NCBI GenBank assembly: GCA_043228905.1
Contig: JBHGNT010000006.1
Location: 17,050,001 to 17,114,000, forward strand
DNA from: Azolla caroliniana
Lineage: Eukaryota > Plantae > Polypodiophyta
Direction: 5' to 3'
DNA length: 64,000 nt
A program made the translations under genes and the position numbers. Shown piece after piece: positions 45,970-59,823 of the stretch. The notes beneath the pieces were generated by a model that did no database searches, was not told the origin of the DNA, and saw nothing but the letters and a program-made list of their open reading frames with translations. Within the stretch, counting starts at the first letter, position 1; every line of letters starts with the position of its first letter.

Positions 45970-48900
45970 AGATATCATCTTAGATTTGAAACATTCAACA
46001 CATAAGGCATATACATGTTTGTGTGTAACAATTTGAAATTAACATTCTTAGGACGTAAGTGTTGTTAAAGGTAATCCCTACGCTTCTTGTTTTAGGGTAG
46101 TGCAACCAGTATTGAACTAATGACCCATCAGACTACAGCCGGTTGTTGTTCCACTAAGCTATGCACCCTTGATGGATTCTTTTGTTTAATTCCAATATCT
46201 AATAAGATGTCTTACCAATAGTATTCATATCTTAGATTTGAAACATAAGGCATATCGATGTTTGTGTGTAACCATTTCCAATTAATATTCATAGGATGTA
46301 AGTGTTGTTAAAGGTAAAAGGTAATCCCTCCTCTTCTTGTTTTAGGGCGCAACAAGTATTGAACTAACGACCCATTGGACTGCTGTCGATTGCCGTTCCA
46401 CTGAGCTATGCACCCTTGATGGATTCTTTTGTTTAATTCCAATATCCAACAAGATTCTTGCCAATAGTATTCGTATCATTTTATATTTGACACATAAGGG
46501 ATACGCTTGTTCGTGTGCAAAGATTTGAATTTAATAATCTTAGATTGTGAATGCAACATGTGCAAAGATTTGAAATTAATAATCTTAGGTTGTGAGTGTT
46601 GTTGCAGGTAATCTATACTCTTTTTGCTTTAGGGCACAAGGAGTATTGAACTTATGACCTTTCGAACTGCGAGAGATTGCTCTAGCACTAAGCTATGCAC
46701 CAATGATTAGCAAATTTTTGTTTATTCCAATATCCAATAAGAAATCTTACCGATAATATTAATATAATCTTAGATTTGAAACATTCAACACATAACTAGC
46801 ACTAAGCTATGCACCAATGATTGGCGAATATTTTGTTTATTACAATATCCAATAAGACATCTTACCGATAATATTAATATCATCTTAGATTTGAAACATT
46901 CGACACATAACGCATATACATGTTTATGTGTAACAATTTGCAATTAATATTCTTAGGATGTAAGTGTTGTTATAGGTAATCCCTACTCTTCTGCTTTTAG
47001 GGCACAACCAGGATTGAATTCATACCCAACAAAATTCTTCCTTGTAGTATTCATATCATGAGTTATATTTGCCAATATTATATCTCAGGTTGTGAGTGTT
47101 GTTGGATGTAATCTATACTCTTCTTGCTTTAGGGCACAAGCAAGATCGAACTGATGACCTATTGGACTGCAACTGATTGCTCTACCACTAAGTTATGCAC
47201 CCATGATTGGTTCTTTTATTTATTCCAATATCCAATAAGATATCTAACCGATAGTATTCATATCATCTTAGATTTGAAACATTCGGCACATGAGGCATAT
47301 GCATATTTGTGTGTAACAATTTGCAATTAATAATCTCGGGATGTAAGTGTTGTTAAAGGTAATCTATACTCTTCTTGCTTTAGGGCGCAACCAGGATTGA
47401 ACTGATGATCTATCGAACTAAAGATGATTACGCTACCACAAAGCTATGCACTCTTGATGGATTCCTTTTTTTAATTCCAATATCCAACAAGATTCTTGCC
47501 AATAGTATTCATATCATTTTATATTTGATAGGGCATGTTCGTGTGCAAAGATTTGAAGCTAATAATCTCGGGCTGTGAGTGTTGTTGGAGGTAATCTATA
47601 ATCTTCTTGCTGTAGGCCACAAGGAGGATTGAACGGATGACCTACCAGACTGCAACCGATTGCTCTACCACTAAGCTATGCACTCTTGATGGATTATTGT
47701 GTTTAATTCCAATATCCAACAAGATTCTTGCCAATATTATTCATATCATGTTATATTTGACACACATGTTCGTGTGCAAAGATTTGAATTAATAATCTCA
47801 GATTGTGAGTGTTCTTGCAGGTTATCTATAGTCTTCTTGCTTTAGGGCACAAGGATTGAATTGATGACCTATCGAACTTCTTGCTTTAGGGCACAAGAAG
47901 GATTGAATTGATGACCTATCGAACTGCAGCGGATTGCTCAACACCCATGAGTGCTGAATCTTTTGTTTATTCTAATATCCAGTAATACGTCTTACCGATA
48001 TCATTCATATCATCTTAGATTTGAAACATTCGACACATAAGGAATATGCATGTTTGTTGTAACAATTTGCAATTAATCTTCTTAGGATATATGTGTTATT
48101 AAAGGTAATCCCTACTCTTCTTGTTTTAGGGTGCAACCAACATTGAACTGATGACCTATCAGACTGTACCCGACTGCTCTACCACTGAGCTATGCACCCT
48201 TGATGGATTCTTTTGCTTAATTCCCATATCCAACTAAATTCTTGCCAATAGTATTCGTATCATTTTATATTTGACCTATTATAATGGATACGCATGCTCA
48301 TGTGCAAAGATTTGAAATTAATAATCTCGGGTTGTGAGTGTTGTTGGAGGTAATCTATACTCTTCTTGCTTTAGGGCACAAGGAGGATTGAACTGATGAC
48401 ATATCTGACTGCAACCGATTGCTCTACCATTGATTGGTTCTTTGGTTTATTCCAATATCCAATAAACGTGTTGCCGATAGTATTCATATCGTCTTATATT
48501 TGAAACATTCGACACATAATGCATATGCAAGGTAATCCGTACTCTTCTTGTTTTAGGGCGCAATCAAGATTGAACTGATAACCTATTGGAGTGAAACAGA
48601 TTGCTCTACCACTGAGTTGTGCACCCTGAGTGGATTCTTTTGTTTAATTCCAATATGCAACAAGAATCTTGCTAATAGTATTCGTATCATGTCATATTTG
48701 ACACATAAGGGATTCACATCTTCATGTGCAAATATTTGAAATTAATAGTCTTAGGTTATGAGTGTTCTTGGAGGTAATCTATACTCTACTTGCTTTAGGG
48801 CACAAGTGGGATTGAACTAAGGACCTATCATATTGCAACCGATTGCTATCCACTGAGCTATGCACCCATGATTGGTTCTTTTTTTTATTCCAATATCCAA

Positions 48901-51900
48901 TAAGAAGTCTTACGGATAGTATTCATATCATCTTACATTTGAAACATTCGACACATAAGGCATATTCTCAGTACACACAAACATGCAATTAATATTCTTA
49001 GGATGTAAATGTTGTTAAATCTAATCCCTACTCTTCTCGTTTTAGGGCGCAACCAAGATTGAACTGATGACCTATCGGACTACAAAAAATTGATCTACCA
49101 CTGAGTTATGCATCCTTCATGGATTCTTTTGTTTAATTCCAATATCCAACAAGATTCTTGCCAATAGTATTCGTATCATGTTAAATTTGACACATAAGCG
49201 ATACGCATGTTCATGTGCAAATATTTGAAATTAATAATCTTAGGTTATGAGTGTTGTTGGAGGTAATCTATACTCGTCTAGCTTTAGGGCACAAATAGTA
49301 TTGATCTAATGACTTATCGGACTGCAACTGATTGCTCTACCATTGAGCTATGCACCCATGATTGGTTCTTTTATTTAGAATTCCAATATCCAATAAGATG
49401 TCTTACTGATAGTATTCATATCATAATAGATTTGAAACATTCGACATATAAGGCATATGCATGTTTGTGTGTAACAATAAATATTCGTAGGATGTAAGTG
49501 TTGTTAAAGGTAATCCCTACTCTTCTTGTTTTAGGGCGCAACCAATATTGAACTAATGATCCATCGGACTGCAATCGATTGCTCTTCCACTGAGATATGC
49601 ACCCTTGATGGATTCTTTTGTTTAATTCCAATATCCAACAAGATTCTTGCCAATAGTATTCTTATCTTGTTATACTTGACACATAAGGGATACGCTTGTT
49701 TGTGTGCAAAGATTTGAAATTAATAGTCTTAGGTTGTGAATGTTGTTGGAGGTAATTATTACTCTTCTTGCTTTAACGCACAAGCTGGATTTAACTGATC
49801 ACTTATCGGACTGCGAGCGATTGCTCTACCACTAAGCTATGCACCCATCATTGGTGAATATTTTGTTTATTCCAATATCCAATAAGACGTGTTACCGATA
49901 GTATTTATATCATCTTAGATTTGAAACATTCCATACATAAGACATATGCATGTTTGTGTGTAACAATTTGCAATTAATATTCTTAGGATGTAAGTGTTGT
50001 TAAAGATAATCCCTCCACTTCTTGTTTAAGGGTTCAAATAGGATTGAACTGATGATCTATAGGACAGTAGCTAATTGCTCTACCATTGAGCTATGCACCC
50101 TTGATGGATTCTTTTGTGTAATTCCAATATCCAACAAGATTCTTGACACATAAGGAATACACATGTTCGTGTGCAAATATTTGAAATTAATAATCTCAGG
50201 TTGTGAGTGTTGTTAGAGGTAATCTATAGTCTTCTTGCTTTAGGGCACAAGCAAGATTGAACTAATGACCAATTGGACTACAACCGATTGCTCTAGCATT
50301 GAGCTATCCACCCATGATTGATTTTTATCGATAGTATTCATATCATCTTAGATTTGAAACATTCAACACATAAGGTATATGCATGTTTGTGTGTAAGAAT
50401 TTGCAATTAATATTCTTAGGATGTAAGTGTTGTTAAAGGTAATCCCTACTCTTCTTGTTTTAAGGCACAACCAGGATTGACCTGACGACCTATCGGATTG
50501 CAACTGATTGCTCTACCACTGAGCTATGCACCCTCGATGGATTGTTTGGTTTAATTCGAATATCCAACAAGATTCTTGACACATAAGGGATACATATGTT
50601 CGTGTGCAAAGATTTGAAATTAATAACCTCAGGTTGTTTGAAGTAATCTATACTCTTCTTGGTTTAAGGCACAAGCAGGATTGAACTAATCACCTATCGG
50701 ATTGCACCCGATTGCTTTACGTCTAAACTATGCACCCATGATTGGTTCTTTTGTTTATTCCAATATCCAATAAGACGTCTTGCTGATAGTATTCATATCA
50801 TCTTAGTTTTGAAACATTCGACACATAATGCATATGCATGTTTGTGTGTAACAATTTGCAATTAATATTCTTACGATGTAAGTGTTGTTAAAGGTTATCT
50901 CTACTCTTCTTGATTTAGGTCGCAACCAGGATTCAACTGATGACGTATAGGACTGCAAGCGATTGCTCTACCACTGAGTAATGCACCATTGATGGATTGG
51001 TTTGTTTAATTCCAATATCCAACAAGATTCTTGCCGATTGCGCTACAACTAAGTTATGCACCCATGATTGCTTCATTCTTTTATTGCAATATCCAATAAG
51101 ATGGCTGACCGATAGTATTCATATCATCTTCAATTTGAAAGGCATATGCATGTTTGTGTGTAAGAATTTCCAATTAATATTCTTAGGATGTAAGTGTTGT
51201 TAAAGGTAATCCCTACTCTTCTTGTTTTAGGGCACAACCAGGATTGAATTGATGACCTATCGAATAACAACTAATTGCTCTACCACTGAGCTATGCACCC
51301 TTGGTGGATTCTTTTGTTTAATTCCAGTATCCAACAAGAATATTGCCAATAGTATTCGCATCGTGTCATATTTGACACATTAGGGATACGCATTCTCAAG
51401 CAAATATTTGAAATTAATAATCTTAGGGTCTAGGTGTTGTTAGAGGTAATAGCTCTACCACTGAGCTATGCACCCATGATTAGTTCTTTCGTTTATCTCA
51501 ATATCGAGTAAGATCTTACTGATAGTATGGTTTGAAACATTCGACACATAAGGTATACACATGTTTGTGTGTAACAATTTGCAATTAATATTCTTAGGAT
51601 GTAAGTGTTGTTAAAGCTCATCCTTACTCTTCTTGTTTTAGGGCGCAACCAGGATTGAACTGATGACCTACCGAACTGCAGCAGATTGCTCTACCACTGA
51701 GCTATGCACCCTTGATGAATTCTTTTGTTTAATTCCAATATTCAACAAGATTCTTGTCAATAGTATTCGTATCAGTTTATATTTGACACATAAGGGATAC
51801 GCATGTTCGGTTGCAAAGATTTGAAATTAATAATCAGTTTATATTTGACACATAAGGGATACGCATGTTCGGTTGCAAAGATTTGAAATTAATAATCTCG

Positions 51901-52076
51901 GGTTGTAAGTGTTGTTGGAGGTAATCTATACTCTTCTTGCTTTAGGGCACAGGGAGGATTGAACTGATAACCTTTCAGACTACAACCAATTGCTCTACCA
52001 ATGAGCTATGCACCCATGATTGGTTCTTTTGTTTATTCCAATATCAAATAATACGTCTTGCTGATAGTATTCATAT
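45970..52076 (-). repeat. Tandem array of tRNA-Cys(GCA)-derived units: ~245-bp monomers, ~489-bp A/B dimer, ~24 near-complete copies; resumes briefly at 56719-56745
   Basis: Minus-strand consensus GGGTGCATAGCTCAGTGGTAGAGCAATCGGTTGCAGTCCGATAGGTCATCAGTTCAATCCTGGTTGCGCCCT folds as a cloverleaf. A-type copies at 48555, 49044 and 49533 are 489 bp apart. Confidence 0.9.
51640..51711 (-). tRNA. Representative tRNA-Cys(GCA)-like copy, probably a pseudogene (anticodon stem mismatched)
   Basis: 72 nt; acceptor stem GGGTGCA/TGCGCCC with T73, D arm GCTC/GAGC, GCA anticodon, T arm ATCAG-TTCAATC-CTGGT. Confidence 0.7.
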
Positions 52077-52344
52077 TGTGGTGTCCCTTTCATGCAAGAG
52101 CATGCATTTGAACACACCACTCTTTTAGCCACTCCCGTTTAGCACATCACCCATTTTAGCCCACCCTTTTAGCACACCATTTTGGGACACGTGTAGCTAG
52201 GCCGTCCCAAAATGGGTTCTTTGTATCTTCTATATATTGAATGATAAGTATGAAGCTAGCTAGGCTGGTTTGGTTTCCTTTTATGTGCATTTCACATAAT
52301 TGGTGGAGAAGCGGGCTCAAATTTTAGCCACTACTACATTGTTC

Positions 52345-53313
52345 ATGGCATCCCAATTCCCTTCCGCCGCCTCCAACGTCGATACCCCGATGGAGCTTGA
52401 GTTCTCGCAACCTCACGCACGACCTCCCCCTTTCCAAATGGAGCAGCTCCTGGAACTCGTCTCCAACGCCATGCTTCAAATCAGCCATATGAATCAAGCT
52501 ATGCTCTCCTTCCTCTCCCCTCACAACGACCGCGCGCAAGATCGTCCAGATTCCAAGGTGCGCCCGAAGTCCTTCTCCGGATTGCCTTCCGAGGATGTCT
52601 TAGCTTGGTTGGATCATTTTGAGATGATCTCTAGTTACCATCGATGGTCCGACGAGCGCAAAGCTTTGGAAGTTCGTACCCTACTCGAAAACGTCGCCGC
52701 CACCTGGTACGTCCAACAATCAAGCAACCTGATCGAGAATTGGGTGATCCTTCGGGATCTCCTCGTACAAAACTTCGCCCATCAAAATTCAGCCCAAACG
52801 GTGTTACAACAACTTGAAACATTGCAGCAACAAGCACACGAACCCGTGGGCCAATTTGGTGTTCGCCTCAATCAACTCCTCATTCGCGCTGACCCTACCA
52901 TGCCCGAGCATGTGAAGCTTTTCTCCTTATGGCCTCGTCTGCGCCACGACATCACTCGCCGTGCTCGGGACCAAGGTCCACAGACATTCAACGACGCCAT
53001 CCTCATCGCCCAACGAATCGAAGCTTGTACATTATCTGACACCCAACCTCGTTGGCCCCATCCATCAGCCACCGACTCACGCGCCCATTACCAAGGCGCG
53101 GCCCCCATGGACATTGATGTCCAAAACATGCAATTGCAAGCTCGCCGCAATTGTCCCGATCGCGATAGCCAAGGGCGCCCGAGGTGTTTCTACTGCCACA
53201 ATTATGGACACGTCCGACGTCAGTGCCGGAAATTGCAACAACAATCTCACAAGCAACAAGTCCAGATAACTATGGTTGACGCGACATCATTGGTTAAGCT
53301 TCCGGGCAACTGA
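52345..53313 (+). CDS. Element E gag, intact frame
   Basis: FSGLPSEDVLAWLDHFE, APMDID, CFYCHNYGHVRRQC. Confidence 0.88.
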   Translation: MASQFPSAASNVDTPMELEFSQPHARPPPFQMEQLLELVSNAMLQISHMNQAMLSFLSPHNDRAQDRPDSKVRPKSFSGLPSEDVLAWLDHFEMISSYHRWSDERKALEVRTLLENVAATWYVQQSSNLIENWVILRDLLVQNFAHQNSAQTVLQQLETLQQQAHEPVGQFGVRLNQLLIRADPTMPEHVKLFSLWPRLRHDITRRARDQGPQTFNDAILIAQRIEACTLSDTQPRWPHPSATDSRAHYQGAAPMDIDVQNMQLQARRNCPDRDSQGRPRCFYCHNYGHVRRQCRKLQQQSHKQQVQITMVDATSLVKLPGN

Positions 53314-56300
53314 TGTCCGAGGTGGTGATGGAAGAGCCAGCCCTCCACATCCAAGCGTCCGCCTCTTCTAGTTCAAGGGTATGCACCGCCCTCACCACCA
53401 TTAATCACTGCACCCACACCATCTTATTAGACACTAGTAGTAGTATATCTTCTATTAGCACTGCTTTAGTACACCGGTTAGGTCTCCCCACATCCACTAC
53501 TCCTTCCATCCAAGTCCTTTTTGGTGATCACCAACATCTTTACCACTCTCACACACAAGCCCATTGCACCTTCACCTTAGGCACTATCACCTTCTCACAT
53601 CACTTTTATGTCTTGCCCCACCAACTCTTCCCCCTCACCCTAGGTTGTGATTGGTTCCTCAAGCGTCGCGCTGTGGTTGATTTTGATGCCCACAAACTTC
53701 TTGTCCCACATGCTTCCCCTATCCCTCTTCTACAAGATAGCTCCCCTAGCCCCCACCTTAGCCAAGTTTAGGTAGCACTTAGTCCACAAGAGCGATTGGT
53801 CTCCATCTGCCAATTATTAGCCCGTTTTCCATCACTAAGCCTCCAACCCACACATGCTCCTACTGTCTCTTTCCCGGTACAACATGCCATTCGTGCTGGG
53901 GAGGCCACTCCGATCTGCATGGCTACCCACCGACGTTCCCCTCTCGACCACGATCGCATTGATGCGGCCGTCACCGACATGCTCACCAAAGGTATTATCG
54001 TTCCTTCCACCAATGATTGGGTTTCGGAACCCCACCTCGTCAAGAAGGATGATGGCACCTTCCGCTTTTGCATCGACTTCAGGCCTCTTAACAAAGTGAC
54101 TATCCATGACCTCTACCCGCTCCCTTGCGTGGACGACCTCTTGGATCAAATCGGTGGCTCCCGTTATTTCACCTCCCTGGACTTAGCCTCGGGATATTGG
54201 CAAATCCCCCTGAAACCTTCTAACGCCCACAAGACCGCATTCCGCACACGCCGCGGGCTATTCCAATTGACCCGCATGCCGTTCGGCTTGTTTGATGCTG
54301 GCAGCACATTCCAACGCATGACCAACTCCATTTTTGCCGCCCTTATCAACAAAGGTGTCCTCCTCGTTTATCTCGATGACATCCTTATCCACACGGCCAC
54401 TTGGGAGGACCATCTACAAGCTCTCACCGAAGTCCTCGCTTGCATAACTAAGCATAACTTGCAGCTCCAATGGAAGAAGTGTCGATGGGGAAGCACCAGC
54501 CTCCGTTTTCTCGGCTTCATCATCTCTGGTGACGGAATCTGTATGGACCCTGCAAAGGTAGCAGCCATCAACAACTAACCTCGCCCCACTTCAGTCAAAT
54601 CCTTGCAACGTTTTTTGGGCATGATCACCTTTTCCCTTCGCTTCATCCCAAACCTTGCCTTGGTCACTTTTCCCGTTCGCCAACTCTTGAATAAAGGCGT
54701 GTCATTCAGTTGGGATCCTGCTTGTGAAGATAGCTTTCGTCGCCTTAAAACCATGGTCAAGGAATCGGGGTTGCTCGCCCATCCTAACTTTGACCGACCG
54801 TTCACGTTGCAGATAGACGCATCGAACCAGGGGTTAGGAGCCATCCTCTTGCAAGCCGATTGCCATGGGCAAGAGAAGGTGGTCGCCTTCATTAGTCGGA
54901 CTCTCACGGTGGCTGAACGCAACTACTCAACCACTGAGAAGGAGCTACTTGCGATTGTCTGGTCTTCCCAGCGTTTTCATCCATACCTTCATGGTGGACA
55001 GGTTACCGTTGAGACCGTTCACCAGCCCTTGCTTTCTCTTATCCATCAAACTCACCCCCCAAACCGCTTGTTGCGATGGATGCTGGCACTTCAAGAGTAT
55101 CAGTTTACCCTCTCCTATCGGAAAGGTGCAGGTCGTTGATACTCTCTCTCGCGCCGACTGCCAGGCTGTCCAATTTCTCCCTGAGACATCCGATCTTCCG
55201 ATACCATTGCCACAAATCGCTATGCTTCAACAACACGACCCCGCCATCCAACAGATAATCCATCAGTTGCACTCCCTCCAACCGTTTCCCTCACAACGAC
55301 AGTTCATGCTCCGCGATAACTTGGTATTCTTCATTCAAGCCCATCATGAGCCTCGTCTCTACATCCCTCATGCCCTACAACAAACGTATCTCCAATTTTA
55401 TCACGACCACCCATTGTTGGGCCACTTGGGTTTCCACAAGGTTCTTCAAAAATTACGTCTCAAGTATTACTAGCCCAACATGAGACACTCAGTCTCTACC
55501 TATATCAAACAATGCACTTTGTTTCAACACATCAAACCTGGGGGCAAGCCAGCTGGAACACTCCAACCCATCACCGTCACGTCAACTTTCGATCTAGTCG
55601 GATGGGATTTCATGGGAACTTTTCCCGAAACCTCTAGGGGCAACAGGTATATCCTTGTCATAACAGAATACCTCACACGATGGGCTGAAACTGTTGCCAT
55701 CCCCGATGTCATTGTGCCAACAATTGCCTCCCAGCTCTTGCAAAAGGTAATATTTCAACATGGTTGCCCTATCCAAATCTTATCTGATCAGGGCCGCCAG
55801 TTCCATGGGGATGTCCTCAATGTTGTGGCAACTCAACTAGGTGTCCAACAAGTGTTTACATCCCCTAAGTACCATCCTCAAACAAATGGCCTCACTGAAC
55901 GCCTCAACAAGACCCTCAAACAAGAAATTGCCGCTTACATCGATCCATGCCACAAAACCTGGGATCAAATCTTGCCTTTTGTCACCCATGCCTACAATAC
56001 ATCCGTACAAGCGTTGACACGGATCAACCCTTTTCGAACACTCTATGGACGCGACCTGCGGCTCCCACCAGAAACGTCCATGACATCTGTTCTAAACTTG
56101 CCAACATGGATAGTGCTACTTGGGGGCTTTATCTCCAACAAATGCTCCCCCTCCTTCGACAAGCCAGCTCCCGAAATCTACAAGTCGCACAACAATGTCA
56201 AAAGCGACACTACGACCTGGGTTGAATCACCCCGACGTATGCTGATGGAACCAAAGTCCTTCTTTACTTTCCGATCCGGCGGTGTGGTCCCAGTGAATCC

Positions 56301-56440
56301 CTCATGCACCGGTGGATCGGCCCATTCACCGTAATTCGTGCCATCAAGTCCACGACTTACTTACTCCGACGCGATTCCAACGGTCAATTCAGCTCAGCCC
56401 ATGTTGCCCGTATCAAGCCATATGCTACCCCAAGCCTATC
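53313..56440 (+). pseudogene. Element E pol (PR, RT, RH, IN) with stops and frameshifts
   Basis: ILLDTSS, LDLASGYWQI, YLDDILI, QIDASNQGLG, GWDFMG..SDQGRQF..NGLTER. Confidence 0.93.
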
Positions 56441-57559
56441 TTCTAGCATCCCTCCTTCTCTCATACCGTAACACTCCTTGTTTTTCTGAGGGGGGAAATG
56501 TGGTGTCCCTTTCATGCAAGAGCATGCATTTGAACACACCACTCTTTTAGCCACTCCCATTTAACACATCACCCATTTTAGCCCACCCTTTTAGCACACC
56601 ATTTTGGGACACATGTAGCTAGGCCGTCCCAAAATGGGTTCTTTGTATCTTCTATATATTGAATGATAAGTATGAAGCTAGCTAGGCTAGTTTGATTTCC
56701 TTTTATGTGCATTTCACAATATCATCATAGATTTGAAACATTCACTCACTTTTTCTTCATGACATGGATGTATGTATGTTTACATTTTGGAGTTATCAAT
56801 AGTAAGTGAGTTGCTTTGGTTTGAGAGAGAGAGAGAGGAAAAGAAAGCAAAGAGAGCAAGAGAGAAGGAGCCATGAGCGTGATCGACCTCTTCGAAGTGG
56901 CCCTCCTATGGCAAACAAGGATGTGTAGGATGAGCTGCAAGAAGGCGAGAATTTGTGGCCAGTAGGATCCAAACCACTTTTCGAGGGTTATTGGTTTAGT
57001 ACCATCTCAATTTTTTACCATATTCATATGTGTGCATGTGTATTTGCATATGCATGGTTGTGTTTGTATGTGTCTGTTTGTATGCATGTATGAATGCATG
57101 CAAACATGCATTGGTAGCATTCCATCTCATGTTCTTTTTTTCCATGCTAATTTGTGTATTTGTTGTATTCATTTAACAGGCAAAAAGAGTTCTTTTGGTC
57201 TTGAGAAGCCTCATGGGGAGTTCATGATGGTGATGCTTTCTCTATAAGTATGGATGGTCTTCATTCCTTTCATGACTTTTTGGATTTGGAGGTTGACATT
57301 TATTAGGAACATTTCTGAAAGCCAAGTGGGTGTTTATTCATCGAATCCCACCCACTTTAATCTTCACTAACCGTGTCTGTGGATTTTTATTATCACCTAA
57401 CATTGTATTAATCTTTCTTAGTGCCACATCACTAGGAGAATGCAAGGTCCTCATTTCTACTTGTTGTAAAGGAAGGAGATTGATAAATAAATCATTGCAT
57501 GTTTCAAATCGCTTCCTTCCGAAAAAGTGGCTATTGGGAATTTATTTATAAGGGCTTTT

Positions 57560-59050
57560 TCTTAATCATGAGCTCAAAAAGCCTCTCTACGAGCACAAGC
57601 AAGCATCAAGAGCATGGTTTCGAAGATAACCCACTATCTTCACCAAATTGGCTTCAAAATGTCCAAGTCCGACAATTCTTTGTTCACCCAAAGCGACTCC
57701 AGAGGACAGTTATTCATCATAATTTATGTGGACAACTTGGTTATTGGAGGAGAGCACATCGGCGATATTGAACATACCAAGAAGCTACTCTCCGACCGAT
57801 TCGAAATGACAGATATGAAGGACCTACATTACTCTCTAGGGATAGAAGTAATTCAGACTCCATACGGCATTATGATCTCCCAATGACACTATATCCTCAA
57901 TCTTCTTTACAATTTTGGGACGACAGAGTGTAAGCCTGTCTCCACCCCTCTCGATCGAAATCTAAGGTTAGATGCCAATTCCAACACAGAAGAGTGTGAG
58001 CCGACTTTCTATCATCAGCTAGTCGGAAGCCTTATCTATCTCATCATTACTCGGCCCAACCTCAACTATCCAGGCAGCCTCCTTAGCCAGTTTGTGCAGA
58101 CACCACGCAACATCCATCTAGACTATGTTAAGAGAGTGTTACGTTATGTAAGTGGGATGATGGATTTCAGCATTCTCTACAAATCGGCCACACCGATTCG
58201 ACTTGAAGGGTACATTGATGTTGATTGGGCTGGCTACAAAGCCGAGAAACGATTAACATCAGGATTCATCTTCTCCCTCAGCTGCAACGCCATATCGTGG
58301 AGCAATAAAAAGCAGCCGACAATCGCACTATCAAGCACAAAAGGCAAATACAGGGGCGCAGCCGTCACTGCATGTGAAGTTGTTTGGCTAACAAGAGAAT
58401 ACTGAAGGATCTAGGTGTTCCCATCAAGGATCCGATTCTCCTGCATTGCAACAACATGAGCAACATCCACTTGGCCCACAACCCAGTTTTCCATGCTCGG
58501 ACTAAGCACATTGAGGTGCATTATCACTTCATCCGAGAACGTGTCCTGGCCGGAGATGTCTACCTACAACACATGAGCACGAATCTACAAAAGGCCGACA
58601 TCTTCACAAAGGCCCTAGAAGCCGACAAGCTACAACAGTTCACGACAAACCTCAAAGCCGATCCGAGGACCAGTCCGAATCCCGAACCAACCTTCAACGA
58701 CCGGAAGCTGTGTTTGAAGGGGCATGTTGAGAATCAAACTCAACTTACCTAGTGTGGGAACGCACATTAGTATACTCAAGTGTGCGAACACCCCCACCTC
58801 ATAATATAGGAACTAGTGTGTCATAGAACTATGACACGTATTTAGTGTAGTTAAGTCTCCACCTGTCTTCAAGTGGTGGATGTAATGAGAGAACATAGTG
58901 AGAAGGTGACTACATAAGCACCCTCTCCTTCTCTTTGTAACTGTTGGTTCATTCTTGTTCTTGTTAATATAGTTTTCTTGTTTTCTGTATACATTGTGTT
59001 TTCTCTCCCTCTTTCTTTCTCTCTCTCTCTCTTTCTCTCTTTGTAGGTGA
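57560..59050 (+). mobile_element. 5'-truncated Ty1/copia: RT-RNase H remnant, PPT and 3' LTR from 58725
   Basis: IIYVDNLVI, GYIDVDWAG, HARTKHIEVHYHFIRE, ADIFTK; TGAAGGGGCA|TGTTG. Confidence 0.88.
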
Positions 59051-59480
59051 ATGGAAGAACTTGAGGTGCCAAGTGAATCTATGCTGGCAATTTCTCGAAT
59101 TTATGAGAAGATTATATGTTGTGCGCGTATGAGAGAAAAACTTTCAGATATTTTCAAAAGCACTATTGGTGTTAAGCAAGGATGCACACTCTCACCAACA
59201 CTATTTGGTCTATGCATTGATGCATTGATGATCCAAAAGACACATAAAAGAAAAAATTTGTGTTCTAGTTTAGATGCGATGCGAGACACTTGCTTCATGA
59301 TGCATCCCTAGATTCCTCTATAAATGAGGCCTTTTTGCAACACCAATGTATCATGACATGGGACAAATGTGGAGGCTCACACTTCACACATTATACTACA
59401 CATGTTGCACCTAACTGCAAAACCATATTTTTCGCGGGATACGGAAACCATACACATCAATACATGTTAGAGCCCATCAC
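59051..59480 (+). mobile_element. Non-LTR retrotransposon (LINE) RT remnant
   Basis: IGVKQGCTLSPTLFGLCID motif. Confidence 0.75.
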
Positions 59481-59489
59481 GTTGTTCAT

Positions 59490-59783
59490 CTTGCGAACTA
59501 CCCATTTGTGTGTTCATGTTGATTGTAGTGTCTTCTCTTCTTTTTCTTTTGTTCCGTCAATCACGTACACATGCTACATAGCGGCACTACGGTAGCCGAT
59601 AACCAGATTTTATCGTTGGTGTCTTGAACACACAATCACGGAGTCGGGTGGGCTTAGTGGATTTTCTAAACCACACGCTCTGATATCATGTTAAGAATTA
59701 GGTAAGTAATTAAGCAATGATTAATTAGTACCTAGTTATGTGATTAGTTGATAAGCGAAAGATTATGTGATATGTGTGTGAGA

Positions 59784-59823
<40 letters not shown>

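Larger units (their letters stand above)
52077..56718 (+). mobile_element. Compact Ty3/gypsy element E (4.64 kb; relative of A)
   Basis: 220-bp LTRs 52077-52296 and 56499-56718; PBS TGGTGGAGAAGCGGG at 52301; PPT GAGGGGGGAAA at 56488; 4-bp TSD ATAT. Confidence 0.95.
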
